Source: Octopus bimaculoides
Lineage: Eukaryota
Length of the DNA: 63,557 bases
Assembly (NCBI RefSeq): GCF_001194135.2
Contig: NC_068984.1
Span: forward strand, 13,332,453-13,396,009
Reading direction: 5' to 3'
Positions 25,906 to 39,877 of the stretch are shown here, in pieces. Below the pieces are notes generated by a model that was given only the letters and a program-made list of their open reading frames with translations, searched no databases and was not told where the DNA came from. The position numbers and the translations under genes are program-made. Numbering within the stretch: position 1 is the first letter of the stretch; each line of letters opens with the position of its first letter.

Positions 25906-27278
25906 AGTATTTGAAAGGTTAGCAATTAATATTTTTCCACACTACTGAGTAGACTTTTAGCAACACGTGTACTCAAGGCCATATGAGCACATGAGATTGC
26001 TCCATGTATAGACTGACGTCAGTTTATTTCTCTAATATACAATCTTATCCTCTGCACATTTTATCTTAAATTTTTTTAATATTAGGAATACAGTTCATCC
26101 TTTCAAACTGGGGTGTATATATTCAATAATATAACTGCCAATATATTACTAGTATTCATTTTATCGAGCTCAGAGGAATTGAAAACAAATCGATCCTTGT
26201 GGAATGGGAAGAAAGAATGTAAAGAATGACGAAATAAAATGCTGCTAGAAGACAATTAATCCAGCAATATTTTGCTTCTGACAACTCAATACACTCGCAT
26301 CTTATCTCTGATATTATAAGCATCGATTTTTTAAAGTATGCAAATAAAAGATGCAAAGTTGGTTTGTGATATATGAAGCTTGACGTCCTATAGTTGAAAC
26401 CTGGTTGTAACCAATAAAAATATATGTGTATGATGTTACAGCTAGCTTAGCGTGAGAGCATTTGTAGTAATGGCGTTTGTATGGCGCCTGTAAGGTCATG
26501 TAACATCTAAATACCTGTGAATATAATACACACAAATTTCCGTATGTGCTCATACTCAAACAAAACAAATATATTTAACGCAAACATACCAACACACATA
26601 TATGTACGTATATATGGATATATGCATGTATACAGACACACACACACACACACACATATATGTGTGTGTATGTTTGCGCGCGCGCACAAGTGCGTGTGCT
26701 TGCCTATGTGCGCGTACACATGTGTGTACATATGTACACAAATACACTATATAGGCATATATGAACAGTGATATATTTCTAATGGCAATGCATATACATA
26801 CATACATACATACAGATATATATGTGTATGTATATGTTCATACATATGTATATATATTTGTATAGATATATGCATCTACGTATATATATATATATATATN
26901 NNNNNNNNNNNNNNNNNNNNNNNNNNNNNNNNNNNNNNNNNNNNNNNNNNNNNNNNNNNNNNNNNNNNNNNNNNNNNNNNNNNNNNNNNNNNNNNNNNNN
27001 NNNNNNNNNNNNNNNNNNNNNNNNNNNNNNNNNNNNNNNNNNNNNNNNNNNNNNNNNNNNNNNNNNNNNNNNNNNNNNNNNNNNNNNNNNNNNNNNNNNN
27101 NNNNNNNNNNNNNNNNNNNNNNNNNNNNNNNNNNNNNNNNNNNNNNNNNNNNNNNNNNNNNNNNNNNNNNGTATGCATGTATACTTATTTGTGCATATAT
27201 ATGTGTGTGTGTATACGTATCTATATATTTGTATATACATACACACATAAGCACACATACACGCACACACACACACAT

Positions 27279-27347
<69 letters not shown>

Positions 27348-28884
27348 CATGCATACACATTCACACATACATACACATATATTTGTTATCCTAATTTGTT
27401 TTCATATCTGTTTAGTCACATAACACTAGTTTCGTTTATAAAACTCTGTTACCTTATAACGAAAAACATTAGGCCCACTTGTTTTCATGAAGCTTCATTC
27501 CTTGTATCGCTATCTGATTCCGTAACCCAAATACCTCAAAGATAATCTGCCTCATTACACATCCAATGAAATAGCGTTTCATCGATCACAGAGTTCTTTG
27601 ATGTGCTAAACGAATTAATAATTTACAGATATCGAAAATAAACGATGTGTGATCAGGAAAGTATACAGAGTTACTAATTCCGTTGGAATAGCATACAAGC
27701 ATTCAACAATAAGCTCACTAAAACCATTATAGATGCCATCTTAAATATGCATTCTGTAAAGCTCTTATAGACGTTGAGAGAATTGGATGTTTCGTTCTGT
27801 AATCAGTGATCAACCACCATACAACCATTTTGTGTGAAAATCATACAACCATTTTCTCATATGGGACAGGCTTTATGCAACCAGAATAATCGGCTTATTT
27901 TGAATTCTCTTAACCCGCACAATATTTATCATCAGTTTTACAATCATCGTATGAGAAAGCAGAAATATGAACCTCTAAAAATTCAAAACGCAGCAACCAG
28001 ACAACCTTAAATAGATATTAAAATATCAGTTAATATAACCATAGTTCAAATGAAGGTTTTATCGGAAGCCATTTGCAATTTTATGACTAATAAATGTTTG
28101 TCTATAAATTCAAATCCTTAAGTTCGATTTGTTGCTAGATTCTTGAGGCATATAAAACTGTTATTAGTGAATGATGCGCCATTCCTCCCATAAATATTAA
28201 ATTGTTTATTTGATCCGATTCTCGGTGTATTAATATATGAGATTGGATCTGTTTAATGTTGATATAGAGCGCAGTTTCACGAAAACAGATTTCGTCCACA
28301 ATGTATGATTCCTAGAATTATCTGAAAACGATTCATTCTCAAGGGCATGTGTTATCAAATGTATAGGTTCCGAGAGCATCGTATGAAAAGAAGACGTAAA
28401 TAAGGGAAACCTGGAACAATATGATATCCAGGAAGATGCCTCGTCCGTGGTGCTTCGAATATCCGTCGAGGTGATATCATGCCATCCGAAGCATATCAAT
28501 AAGGAACTGAGGTGTAATCATATGTATACGAAACAATTTTGCTTTATGACATTGTGTTATGTAACAAGTGTATTTATACAAACTGCTTGATTCATTTTCA
28601 AAGAAAATAGCATGACGTGATAATTCTTTGATATTCTAGTCACAGGAAACGAAAGATATTTTCCACAGTATATATATACATATATATATAGTAACTGTTA
28701 AATCAACTATACGAAGATGAAAGGCAATGTCGCCGAGGCACTATTGGAAACCTGAACATCTAAGGACGAAATTAATTACTATGTGATGCTCGGTCTAGGG
28801 TTCCGTTTTATTTGTAAATCAGGTATATTGACGTTCACTCACACCCACATTATAAAGGCTTTCTACCTAATACACACACACACA

Positions 28885-28962
<78 letters not shown>

Positions 28963-29478
28963 TGTATGTGCGTGTGTGTGTGTCTACATACATACCTATA
29001 TTTGTATTCTTGTGAGTGGGATTGGGTTTCGATATATATGCATTTATACATACTCATGCAAAAGCGTTGTCACATGTATAAAAAAAGATTCCGGATATTA
29101 GAAACACAATAAAATAAGATGTTCCTTTAAGCTATTGTATAAGTAAATATGGCCTAAAATGTGATTCGAACACTGGATGCGTGTTATCGCAGTCGATTCG
29201 TCACCATGAATTATAGCCGTCTGCATTATTTCCAAGAAATTCCTGTAATCGTATACGCAGACACGCACATGGAAAACACGCACGCCCACACGATATTAGG
29301 ATCGACACGAGTCGTTTATAATTGGGTCGCTAAATTCGCTTGCACCATATTCCTGGTAATAACGCAGGTTAATCAATTCCCTACAAGGCATCTCTTTAAT
29401 TGCAGTTAGGCATTCTTCTTTCGGTGAGTATATTGAAAAACAAAAATATTGCCGATATTGTCATCTGCCTCAACCGAC

Positions 29479-29560
<82 letters not shown>

Positions 29561-31979
29561 CGTGTACCGCGGACAATTAATGATATAGACCCTCACAAAA
29601 AGAAAGATGCTAGATGTAATTACACAAGTCGCACACCTATTTGTTTATATATTAATGTTCACACATTAAACATAATACGTACAATTATTGTGACCGATTT
29701 AAGTTAAATGTCAAAGCCGGAAGCGTGCGGTGATTAATGTGCAAACCAATAGTTTAATGATTCTTCAGTTGGCCTAGGGTGTACATAATTAATGATTGTA
29801 ATTAATAAAAGATGTTGATTTCGCCTAATCATTAGTTTAAAGGCAGTACTTCATTATAAGTTTGTTCGTCATAGGCAGTAAAGTAGCGACAAGTAGACTT
29901 AGAGTTCCCCTCTCATTGCCTCAAAAGGCATTAATTGACATAACCTAATAATAAGCTAAGAGAGTGATTCTAGCAGCTACAATTGCATATTAAGGTACTC
30001 ACTTGTGAAGAAATAGTCGCCAGATTAATCTTAATTTCGCATTATTAATCCTTCTTTCGCACATTCACATACTCTTTTTTAGCTACACACACACGCACAC
30101 ACACACACACACACACGCACGCACACAACACTCTCTCTCTCGCTCTGTCTCACACACATACACTCACTCACACACACATATATGCAATACGTATCAACAT
30201 ATACATATATGTTTGTACGGATGTATGCGCATGTATATATACATATGTGTGTGTGTATGTGTGTGTGTGTGTGTGTACATACTTGCATATATGTATATAT
30301 TTATATATATATTAATCTCATTTATACATGTATACATATATTATGTATATTGTTTTTGATTTCATTTATTTATGCAATTTAAAGATGGAAATCTCAATGA
30401 GAATAAAGAAGATGACGATGAAAGAAAAATCTAGAAATAAGTTCAATATAGAAATAAAATAAGATACAATAAAATAAAATAAATGAAGTAATCAAGAGAA
30501 ATAATTCGGTGTACGTGTTTCTCGAGAATTTTCTAGTTGAAATTTTCGCTGAAAAAGACTGCAATTATATGGGAATTTTTTTCCTTCGTCCGTTTAGAAC
30601 CCTTTTTTTTTTTTTGTATGAGAATTGGATAGAATTTTTAAGGGACGAATGATTAAAGAGTGAAAAATATAGAGGGGGAAAAAAGGAAAAAGAAAGTGAT
30701 ACAGACAGAAAGAGCGGAAAGAGCAAGAGGGCGAGTGTGTGGCGGAGGGTATTATAAACAGTGATGAGAAAATACAAAGAAAGAAAATATATAAATAAAT
30801 ATATTATGAAAGAAAGACAGGCAATAATGAAAAAGGCAAAGAAATGTGTAAGCGAAACATGGCGTTATCGAGAAACTGAAAGTAAAACGTGAGTAAGCGA
30901 GACATGAAGTAAGAGAATGCAGATAGAAATTTTAGTAAGAGGAAAGTTTGTGTAAAAGTAGATGAGAGAGAGAGATGTAGAGGGAGGGAGGGAGGGAGGG
31001 GTGAATTAGGAGGGATAAAATATGTGTGTGTACTTGCTGGCTTGTGGGTGTATACGTGTGAGTGCATGTGTGAATATACGAGTGTAAAAGATGGTGGACG
31101 GATAAATAAGTAGAATGTAATATCAGTGTGATGTTAGTAAAAATGTAAAAATATCACAAAGTAGGGAAGATTTGAGAATCGTTTGAGGAGTGAAGATTTT
31201 GAGATAAAACTTTTAATATATATTTTTGAAATATATTGAAGTGGTTAAAGGAGAGACAAAAATCAATACAACAATTTTAATAGTGAATTAAATAACTTAA
31301 AAATGAGGAATTAAAAGGTAAAGAAAAACAACAGCAAAATATGCAAATGAATTACTCTTCAACCACCAATCTATACTGAAGTCTCGTTCCACAAATCCAT
31401 AGTGAATCTAGAATATTTCATGTCTTTTTTCTTTTTTCAAGAAAAACGATGGCTTCCTGTATAATATACTGTTTATGACAGCATATCAACGATGGCATTT
31501 TTATTTAACTACCACCATGTAATGCCTATATAGTGATGAAGATATCAGCCTTCTGGATATTCTGAAATGTGTAACTCTATTCGTATAGTGAAATAATATA
31601 ATATAATCAATACCCAGAGTCTACTCTTTGTCAAATGAAAGCAAAAGAGCGTTACGTGTATAGCTAAGTATTTTCTCCTAAGCAATACCAGTTTACTTCA
31701 CTTTATAAAGTGAACGGTTCATATTTGTGTAACCAAAGAGAGAACATCCTTGTTATGAATCGTTTGATGCGAATGGGTTTCTATTATGATAAAACATCAG
31801 ACAAAGTGATAATTCCCGACTGAATGATCGATCGATATACTAAAAAAGTAGGAGCAAAATCTCCTGTGAATTAGATTTTCTTCCAAGAGGAATGAAACAA
31901 TGGATAAGATAGTCCTAGATATGCAATGTGCTTAGAATAAGATGAGATATACCATGGATAAAAAGTTTCTGATCACAGA

Positions 31980-32885
31980 ATCGGCTCGATAATCTGGAAT
32001 TAATAGATCTCGCCCATGACCTTTAGACATTTATGCCAAACATATTCGCCGACTTCTTGTCACGTGTCGACTACAATTGGCAACAAAACGGTTGATACCC
32101 AGTTCCGTGGTCTGGGATTCATAGCACTGCAGAGGAAGAATGTGAATAATAGGTGTGTAATTGATAATTTTCAGCTCATAATTCCGTTGAATGCAGAGTT
32201 CAAGATTTTATCAAAAGTAGTAATATAACTGTTAGTTCATGTGAGCGAGGTAGCGTAGACGTATGCATCTCGACCAGATCTATTCGTGAAAATCTCCACC
32301 CAATACGCTGTATCATAGAGGATTTATATTCCCTATAATAAACTCGGCTTTAGTGGGTTCCTAATCAACTTGGATTAATCGAAAGCTATCAATGATGTCT
32401 ATCATTACTTGCCACTTCTCAAAATAGCCGGTTTCGGTTCCGTTTTCGCAGACTGGATAGCTCGTCAGCATCTACTTAGTGGTTAGAGTAAATGGAAAAT
32501 CTTAGAATAAATTGGAACCGTTTAAGATCAGGGTCTTCATTCGACAAATGTGTTCTCTTTCAGCTATTTTGTATGAACTCGTTCTCGTGCCGCTACTGGA
32601 AAAACTGGAATGTTTGAAGGGAAACTGGTGGAACCGAGACGCGGATGAGCCACATCAGCATATGCAAATACCATCATAATAGCATCGGACACCAGGCACA
32701 TGGAGTTGATCCAAATGCTTTCTGTTAAAGGAATACGTAATTTTCTCAAGGGCAGTAAGGTTGCTGCTCGACTCCAGGTGGGGCAAGCCCATAACGTCGA
32801 ACAGTATTGCAGGTTGCCGTACGCATGATGAAGTTAGGTTGTTCGTGTCTCACTCGAACCCACACTCCGGTGATTTGGAACTGAG
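31980..32885 (+). mobile_element. L1/Tx1-clade LINE reverse-transcriptase fragment, pseudogenised
   Basis: YNWQQNG; VIDNFQLIIPLNAEFKILSKV; TRSIRENLH; IRQMCSLSAILYELVLVPLL (QGCPLSP motif); SAYANT (YADD motif); WGKPITSNSIAG. Confidence 0.85.
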
Positions 32886-32887
32886 AC

Positions 32888-32936
32888 GACTACTACTACT
32901 ACTACCACCACCACCGCCACCGCCACCGCCACCACC

Positions 32937-32992
<56 letters not shown>

Positions 32993-33001
32993 CACCACCA
33001 T

Positions 33002-33047
<46 letters not shown>

Positions 33048-33060
33048 GGTAGTAGTAGTT
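32888..33060. repeat. (CTA)n/(CCA)n trinucleotide tract
   Basis: Direct inspection. Confidence 0.95.
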
Positions 33061-33244
33061 GTTTATGAATTTGGATATGTTCGTATAAGAGCCATGATGG
33101 GAAGTGCTATCTGATGTCTGAAAGAAATAAATTTTTTTTTTGTTAACTGACAAAACTTTAAAAAAACATTGTTTCATCTCAGACACGAAATGTCCAATCG
33201 CATTTCCCCTCCACGCCACAGAATAAAAATTTATCCAAACTCAA

Positions 33245-33780
33245 GATCTTCTCTGTCTCTCTCTTACTCCGTCTCTCTGTCTCTCTCCGACTCCGTCTCT
33301 CCGTCTCTCTCTCACTCCGTCTCTCTGTCTCTCTCTCTTACTCCGCCTCTCTGTCCCTCTCTTACTCCGTCTCTCTGTCTCTCTGTCTCTCTCTTACTCC
33401 GTCTCTCCGTCTCTCTCTCACTCCGTCTCTCTCTCACTCCGTCTCTCTCTCACTCCGTCTCTCTCTCACTCCGTCTCTCTGTCTCTCTCTCTTACTCCGC
33501 CTCTCTGTCCCTCTCTTACTCCGTCTCTCTGTCTCTCTGTCCCTCTCTTACTCCGTCTCTCTGTCTCTCTGTCTCTCTGTCTCTCTCTGACTCCGTCTCT
33601 CTGTCTCTCTCTTACTCCATCTCTCTGTCTTTCTCCGACTCCGTCTCTCTGTCTCTCTGTCTCTCTCTTACTCCGTCTCTCTGTCTCTCTCTGACTCCGC
33701 CTCTCTGTCCCTCTCTTACTCCGTCTCTCTGTCTTTCTGTCTCTCTGTCTCTCTCTTACTCCGTCTCTCTGTCTCTCTCT
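33245..33780. repeat. CT-rich minisatellite (core CTCTCTTACTCCGTCTCTCTGT, about 16-30 bp units)
   Basis: About 20 variant units anchored by ACTCCG. Confidence 0.92.
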
Positions 33781-34020
33781 TTCTTGTGTGTACAATTAGA
33801 TATACGTCTACTGCTGTATGCGTTACAACTCACGTTAGGTTATCATGTGGAAGACATACAGGTTTTACTTTGTCGTATTACTAGTTATGACATACAGTGC
33901 ATATTTTTTCTCTTTTATATGCTTCAGACATTAGACTGCGGCCATGCTGGTGCACCGTTTGAAGGATTCTTTAGTCGAACGAATTGACCCCAATTCTTAC
34001 TTCTTTAAGCGTGGGTTTTA

Positions 34021-34238
34021 TTCTTTTCTACTCTAGGCACAAGACCCGAAATTTTTTGGGGGAAGGGGCCAGTCGATTAGATCGAACCCAGTACGCAACT
34101 GGTACTTAATTTATTGATCCTGAAAGGTTGAAAAGCAAAGTCAACCTCGGCGGAATTTGAACTCAGTACGTAAAGACAGAAGAAATACTGCTAAGCATTT
34201 CGCCCGGCGTGCTAACGTTTCTGCCAGCTCGCTGGCTT
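34021..34238 (-). mobile_element. SINE family A, tail type 2
   Basis: Complete head (gctaacgtttctgccagctcgc in reverse complement) and central domain. Confidence 0.9.
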
Positions 34239-34409
34239 GCGTCGTACTTATTCTATCACTCTCTTTTGCTGAACAGCTACATTATGGAAACGTAAACATA
34301 CCAACACCGGTTGTGAAGCTGTGGTTGGAGACGAACACAGACACAAACATACACATACATTCAAAATGCAGACCACCACCATTTTTATCGGACTTCGTTT
34401 TTGGTTACA

Positions 34410-34640
34410 TAGTAGTAGTAGTAGTAGTAGTAATAGTAGTAGTAGTAGTGGTAGTAGTAGTAGTGGTAGTAGTAGTAGTGGTGATGGTGGTGGTGGTGTT
34501 GGGGATGGGGTTGGGGTGGGTTGCTATTCGTGTTGTAGTGTTAACAGTGGTGGTGGTGGTGTTTTCGGTCATGGTGGTAGTGTAGATGATGTTGTCTGTG
34601 ATGGCGGCTTTAGTGATGACGTGAGGGGGGGGGGTTGATT
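34410..34640. repeat. (GTA)n/(GTG)n trinucleotide tract
   Basis: Direct inspection. Confidence 0.9.
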
Positions 34641-36201
34641 ATGTCGGTGGATAGTATTGGTGATCGGATTGGACATAGCGATCATGGTGATGGTGTTTAT
34701 ACAAATAGCTAAAATCTTACTAATTTGTTTGTTCAATGGATCAGTGGAAGAATACAGGATCGAATGTTATTTGTGACAACAATCAATATGAGGAATCTAT
34801 TTGTGGAAGTTGTGTCTATAGAAGTTTGCAGATGTATTCCATTGGTTCAGCTTTCCAATAAAGGCAAAACGCCGGATTAAAATTATAGAAGCTGTGTATC
34901 ACGTCAACACTTTCTAATATCCGGCTGGTGTCAAGAGGTCACTAGGAGGTGTTGATTCGCCTCACAGCACAACGAACATGGAAAAAGTACAGAAAAAAAT
35001 TACAAATAAGATATAAGAAAATAAAAAAAGAAAATACAAAATATAACTGAATAAGTGAAAAAAAAAAACAAATACATTTAGACTTCAGTATAACGTATAA
35101 CATGAGTTATTGTGTACCAAAGCAGCAAAAAGGTCGTGCTACAATATCCATTGATGAAAACCAGCGTTTATCAAGAACTTTATTACATTATTTCATTTAC
35201 AGTTTTAGAATAAAAATGCAATACGTCAACGTTGTCCTGGTCAGTACGAATGTCGCCCCGCCACCAAACATGGCAGCTAGATACATTTTACTGCCATTTG
35301 CTGATTATTTATCTGAAGCAAAGAAAAGAAAAAGAAAGACAGAAAGAAAGAAGAAAACAGAACATGGGGTTGTGTAGAAACATCTTCAGTAAGCCGTTAC
35401 AAGTCAAATATTTTATTACTCCGGAATTCTTCACCAATGCAGGCACATGTTTAGATTTTATGGTTGAATATTTCGAACTTTAGCGGCAATGATAAGAAAA
35501 GGCTGAAAAACTGTCTGTCTCAGTTTAACAATTGCATGCCGCGTCAACAGATAGATAAAATAATACCATTTTCTCACTTGGAGCAGGTAATTAATTTCAT
35601 AACATTATAGAAATTTCAAAGCGATTCTTAAAGTCAGATCTCATTCTAAGATTTCAGAGACACATAAAGTTGGCGGCAATTGCTTAATCTCTTATGTAGA
35701 TGTGTTAAAAACTATATTGCTATTTATATAGAACATTTGATGCGCTGTTAACATAGTTTCTATTATATTTGAGATTCGTTTCTTTCTTCCTTTCTTCCTT
35801 CCGTCTTATTTCTGTATTCTCTTTCCAGTTAACTTAATCGTAATTTTTGTAACTACTTTCTAACACTTTGCCATATCCATGGTTATAAACGGCCATCTTA
35901 AGATTTCAGTTCAGTTATTCTGTTCTTCTCATTCTAATGTTTTGAAGAAATTCTCCACCAATTATAAATGCAATACTGCAAGATTAGGTATTAAAGAATC
36001 TATGTTCGCTGTGAAATAATAAATTTTTCGCTTAAAATATGAAATTTTGTATTTGTGATGTTTGTTCTTCTATAAAAAGGAAGTTATATTGTAGATCAAA
36101 CACCAGGCACAGACTTGTAATAGCTGAATTGTCAAAGGAAGTACATTGGTGAAAGTAATTGTCCACAAGGTGTTGGAATGCTAGGAAATTTGTTTAGGAA
36201 A

Positions 36202-36202
<1 letters not shown>

Positions 36203-36255
<53 letters not shown>
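36203..36255. repeat. (ATT)n microsatellite at the 3' end of the Dong-like LINE
   Basis: About 17 ATT units. Confidence 0.95.
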
Positions 36256-36256
<1 letters not shown>

Positions 36257-36257
36257 A

Positions 36258-37600
36258 ATCGAGTTTTGTTGAAATTCCTGGAGTCTTGCATGAATAACAA
36301 GCTTGCTACCTGAACGCTATGGTACCATGCTATCCGTTCTTTCCAACTACCTAATGTTTTCCTGATGATTCTGGCCGTGCTAAGGAGACAAACACATTGA
36401 AACAGCTTTACTGGGCACTCTGTGCCAATTTATTTTATTTATATTCCTCTAAATCATTTCGATACTGTCCACAAATCCACAACAATGATTGGCATTTTCT
36501 TCACCTTTTTTCGTTTTCCACAGTGAGGCTGTTTCGTATTTAAGAGGATTGTATATGTCCATTTTTACGCCTTCCTGCTTAACTATTCGCCGATGAAACG
36601 AGCATGCAACATAAATTGTAGATCAATCATTAATTTTGTTATCATTCCATCTACATTTGCTACTTCATTTAGCGACCAGTTGAAAATTACTTAGCAATAA
36701 CTTAATAATTGAACATCTAGAATATTCATACCATTCACCTTATCTTTTTCATTTGTTCAATTAACTAATGTCTTAAGCATTACATTCACGCCTCTGTAAT
36801 ATTCTAGCTTAGAATTTTTTTGTATGTAGGTGCTGTACTCAATCTGAATGTTAGTTCTTAAATGTATGCATCTATATGCTTGGTCTGATGCTCTCGGTTC
36901 CGTTTATTTACCTAATATGGCACTACTTATTTTATGATTTTTTCCCTTTTGAACGGTGTCAAAAGCAATTTTTCAAAACCAATTTCGCATTAATTCCTTT
37001 GGTAAATACCGTTTGTGACAGGGTTTGCAGTTTTTGATCACCTTCAGTTTGTACAACCCTGATGTCATTCATATACACAGTCGATCGATTATCAGTTATA
37101 ACCCGGTCTAAAAATACTGCCACTGGTGTAGCCTGTTGATTAAAGAGTCATCGCCTCAAAGAAGTTATGATAATGGAGTGCTTCGGAAATAATATTTTTC
37201 TAATAGAGATTGAAATGCTTTTTTTAATTAACCGTTTTATCTGTATTTGTTGAGAATTCGTTGCCACTTACTTATGGCATGTCTTACATAAGTGTTCATT
37301 ACTTCTACTGCTTTACTCAAGCAAAATAAGTGTTATAGGGACTGTGAAAAGTATTCTGGGAATCAATCTATATCGTTCTCGAAACCATTCGGTCTTCTAT
37401 ATTCTTCGGTTAAACCTTTATCGAGCCTTTTACAACCATATTAATCTTCGCATCATCATTTCAGCTCATCAGAAAGTCAGTGAAACATTATAGCAGTTAC
37501 ATATGTGAGTTGCATATTGAAAAGTTACAAGCTTGTAATTTCTGGGGATTTTTGAGTGTTAAGGTTAAGTCTTGATGGGATTAAAATGATTTTCCACAAA
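36258..37600 (-). mobile_element. R4/Dong-like LINE, decayed and internally deleted (RT plus RLE C-terminus)
   Basis: Minus translation: PRNYKLVT (about 37540), ISKWQRIL, YMNDIR (YMDD-like motif, about 37070), then YNPLKYETASLWK...MPIIVVDLWTVSK...VCLLSTARIIRKTL, followed by (TAA)n. Confidence 0.8.
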
Positions 37601-37912
37601 GTAAGTTGCCCCCGTGATGTTGTGGCTCTTCAGTCCGTCATAAATAATTATTTCCCAGCATGGTATTCTACTTGGCAAATATTTCAAATAGCCGTATTTA
37701 AAATTTATAGTTTACACAAGTGATGAAGATATCTTATTGTTGTTTATCTAAGCTGTTCTTGAGAGGATATTGGCTCCTATGATTATTCATGCTCTTGTTA
37801 TCGTAAATATTATCGTCCGTATTCATATATTCACTGTCCAACATCTAATTTTAATGCCTCTATTTTTCTCGTTTGCTGGTGACGTTTAATTTCCATTATA
37901 TTTCTGAAACTT

Positions 37913-38123
37913 AAGGCAGCAAGCTGGCACAATCGTTTCGGCACCGGGCAAAATGCTTGGCACCATTTCGTCCATCTCTACCTTCTAAGTTTAACTTCCA
38001 CCGAGGTCGACTTTGCCCTTCCAGGTCAATAAAATAAGTACCTCTTGAGTAGTGGGGTCGATGTAATTGATTTATTCCCTCCCCTCAAATTGTTGGCCTT
38101 GGAACAAAATTTGAAGCCAATAT
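37913..38123 (+). mobile_element. SINE family A, tail type 2
   Basis: Head aaggcagcaagctggcac; ccgaggtcgactttgcc...aaaataagtacc. Confidence 0.85.
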
Positions 38124-38144
38124 ATTTCTGAACTTTTATTTGTA

Positions 38145-38545
38145 GGCGCAGGAGTGGCTGTGTGGTAAGTAGCTTGCTCACCAACCACATAGTTCTGGGT
38201 TCAGTCCCACTGCGTGGCACCTTGGGCATGTGTCTTCTACTATAGCCTCAGGCTGACCAAAGCCTTGTGAGTGGATTTGGTAGGCGGAAACTGAAAGAAG
38301 CCCGTCGTATAGATATGTATTTATATGTGTATGTGTGTTTGTGTGTCTGTGTTTGTCCCCCTAACATCGCTTGACACCCGATGGTGGTTTGTTTACGTCC
38401 CCGTAACTTAGCGGTTCGGCAAAAGAGACCGATAGAATAAGTACTAGGCTTACAAAGTATAAGTCCTGGGGTCGATGTGCTCGACTAAAGGCGGTGCTCC
38501 AGCATGGCCGCAGTCAACTGACAAACAAATAAAAAGAGTAAAAGA
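38145..38545 (+). mobile_element. SINE family B (tRNA head plus CORE-like domain), full length
   Basis: A-box tggctgtgtgg, B-box gggttcagtcc, and ggcaccttgggcatgtgtc resembling the CORE-SINE accttgggcaagt motif. It also has an internal TA/TG repeat and the tail ggcggtgctccagcatggccgcagtc. Confidence 0.9.
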
Positions 38546-38979
38546 GATTAAAGACTATTATTATCATTTTCATCAGAAAGCTACACGTGACAGACAATGT
38601 AGTGTACTCTACTCCCCATTTATCAAATCCACCAGATTTAGAGTACATATTGCTCTTCCAGCCTTGAACCGAATACTCTGTTTGAAATTTTTTCGTGTAG
38701 TTCACACAAACTTTCCGGTTATGATATAACTTGTAATCGATTAGTATGATTTTTAAGTGTTGTGTAATCGACCATTACTGCGATTATTTCCACTACATTA
38801 CTAGAAGTGAAGCAACAGGTATTTTTGAACATTTTCCTCCTTTGGCTTTGATTTTCACCATTCATATTTCACTATATAATCAATATTTTTCAAAACAATC
38901 AAGTAACAGTGTCTTCTTGTTAAATGTCCACGTTGATAGTCATTTAATTTTTTTTTACAATTTATTATCATTTTCAGTA

Positions 38980-39153
38980 AGGCAGCGAGCTAGCAGAATT
39001 GGTACCACATCGGACAAAATGGTTGTCAGCCTTTCGTCTGCCTTTACGTTCTGGGTTGAAATTCCATCGAAGTTCACTTTGTTTTTCATCCTTTCGAAAT
39101 CGATGTACTGGACTCGATATTTCAGGCCTTCTGCCTATAGTAGAAAGGACTAT
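38980..39153 (+). mobile_element. SINE family A with internal deletion, tail type 2
   Basis: Head taaggcagcgagctagcagaa; tail caggccttctgcctatagtagaaagga. Confidence 0.8.
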
Positions 39154-39877
39154 TATCTCTTTCTGTGCCATTCTGCATGCTATCACAACATAACTGAACG
39201 CAGGTTTTTATGCGTTAACTTCCTGGATTGTTAGGTTTTCTTTTAGTCTTTTTCTATTTCATTAAAAATTCTCCATATTATATGTTGCCAATACCTACGG
39301 GTTATGTATTTATCTGGATTTTTGAAAACTAATTTTCAGGTTAACGATTATTATAATTATTTCTGCTTCCATCTTCACTTTACAGATATCTCTGATTCTT
39401 TATCAATATACTTCGCCATTTCGTTTACTCACAATTGTCAATCCCTTGATCCTTGACTTAATTCTGTAGAGAACCCTTGATTTCATGTAATAGATTGGGA
39501 AGCCACAGAATATTGTTTCTTTGTCAGTGTATGTCTATGGTACCTCTATCCTTGTGGGGTTACAACTTGTATTTCTTCTTACCCTTTCTTGAGACTTGAA
39601 ATTGGAGAGTAGAAACAGCCATACCTCTACATCCTCAAGCTACTTATTTCTCCAAACTAAAAAGGTGCTAAAAACTTAGAGTATAAGCATAGAGTATAAT
39701 GACATTGTAATTAATCACTTTATTCGTCCCGTTTGATATTCAGTTAATATACCCTTAAAATTCATAGAGTTGGATCTGCAGAAATGACTGTGGACTGGAC
39801 GAAATTGCAGAACATAGGATAGTAATGCTGGAGAACAGGTGGTGAGGTGGGGTGAAATGTGACTCGGTATTTACGGA

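Noticed and set aside
28300-28520. Ig-like reading on the plus strand (CIGSESIV*KED...SSVVLRISVEV...ELRC)
   Set aside because: There is an in-frame stop at the would-be Trp and the motif spacing is unconvincing.
33169-33987. 272-aa Ser/Leu-rich ORF
   Set aside because: It is the translation of the CT minisatellite.
35255-35280. GC-box plus AACATGGC (YY1-like), also AACATGGCGG at about 54077
   Set aside because: Short motifs expected by chance, with no supporting promoter context.
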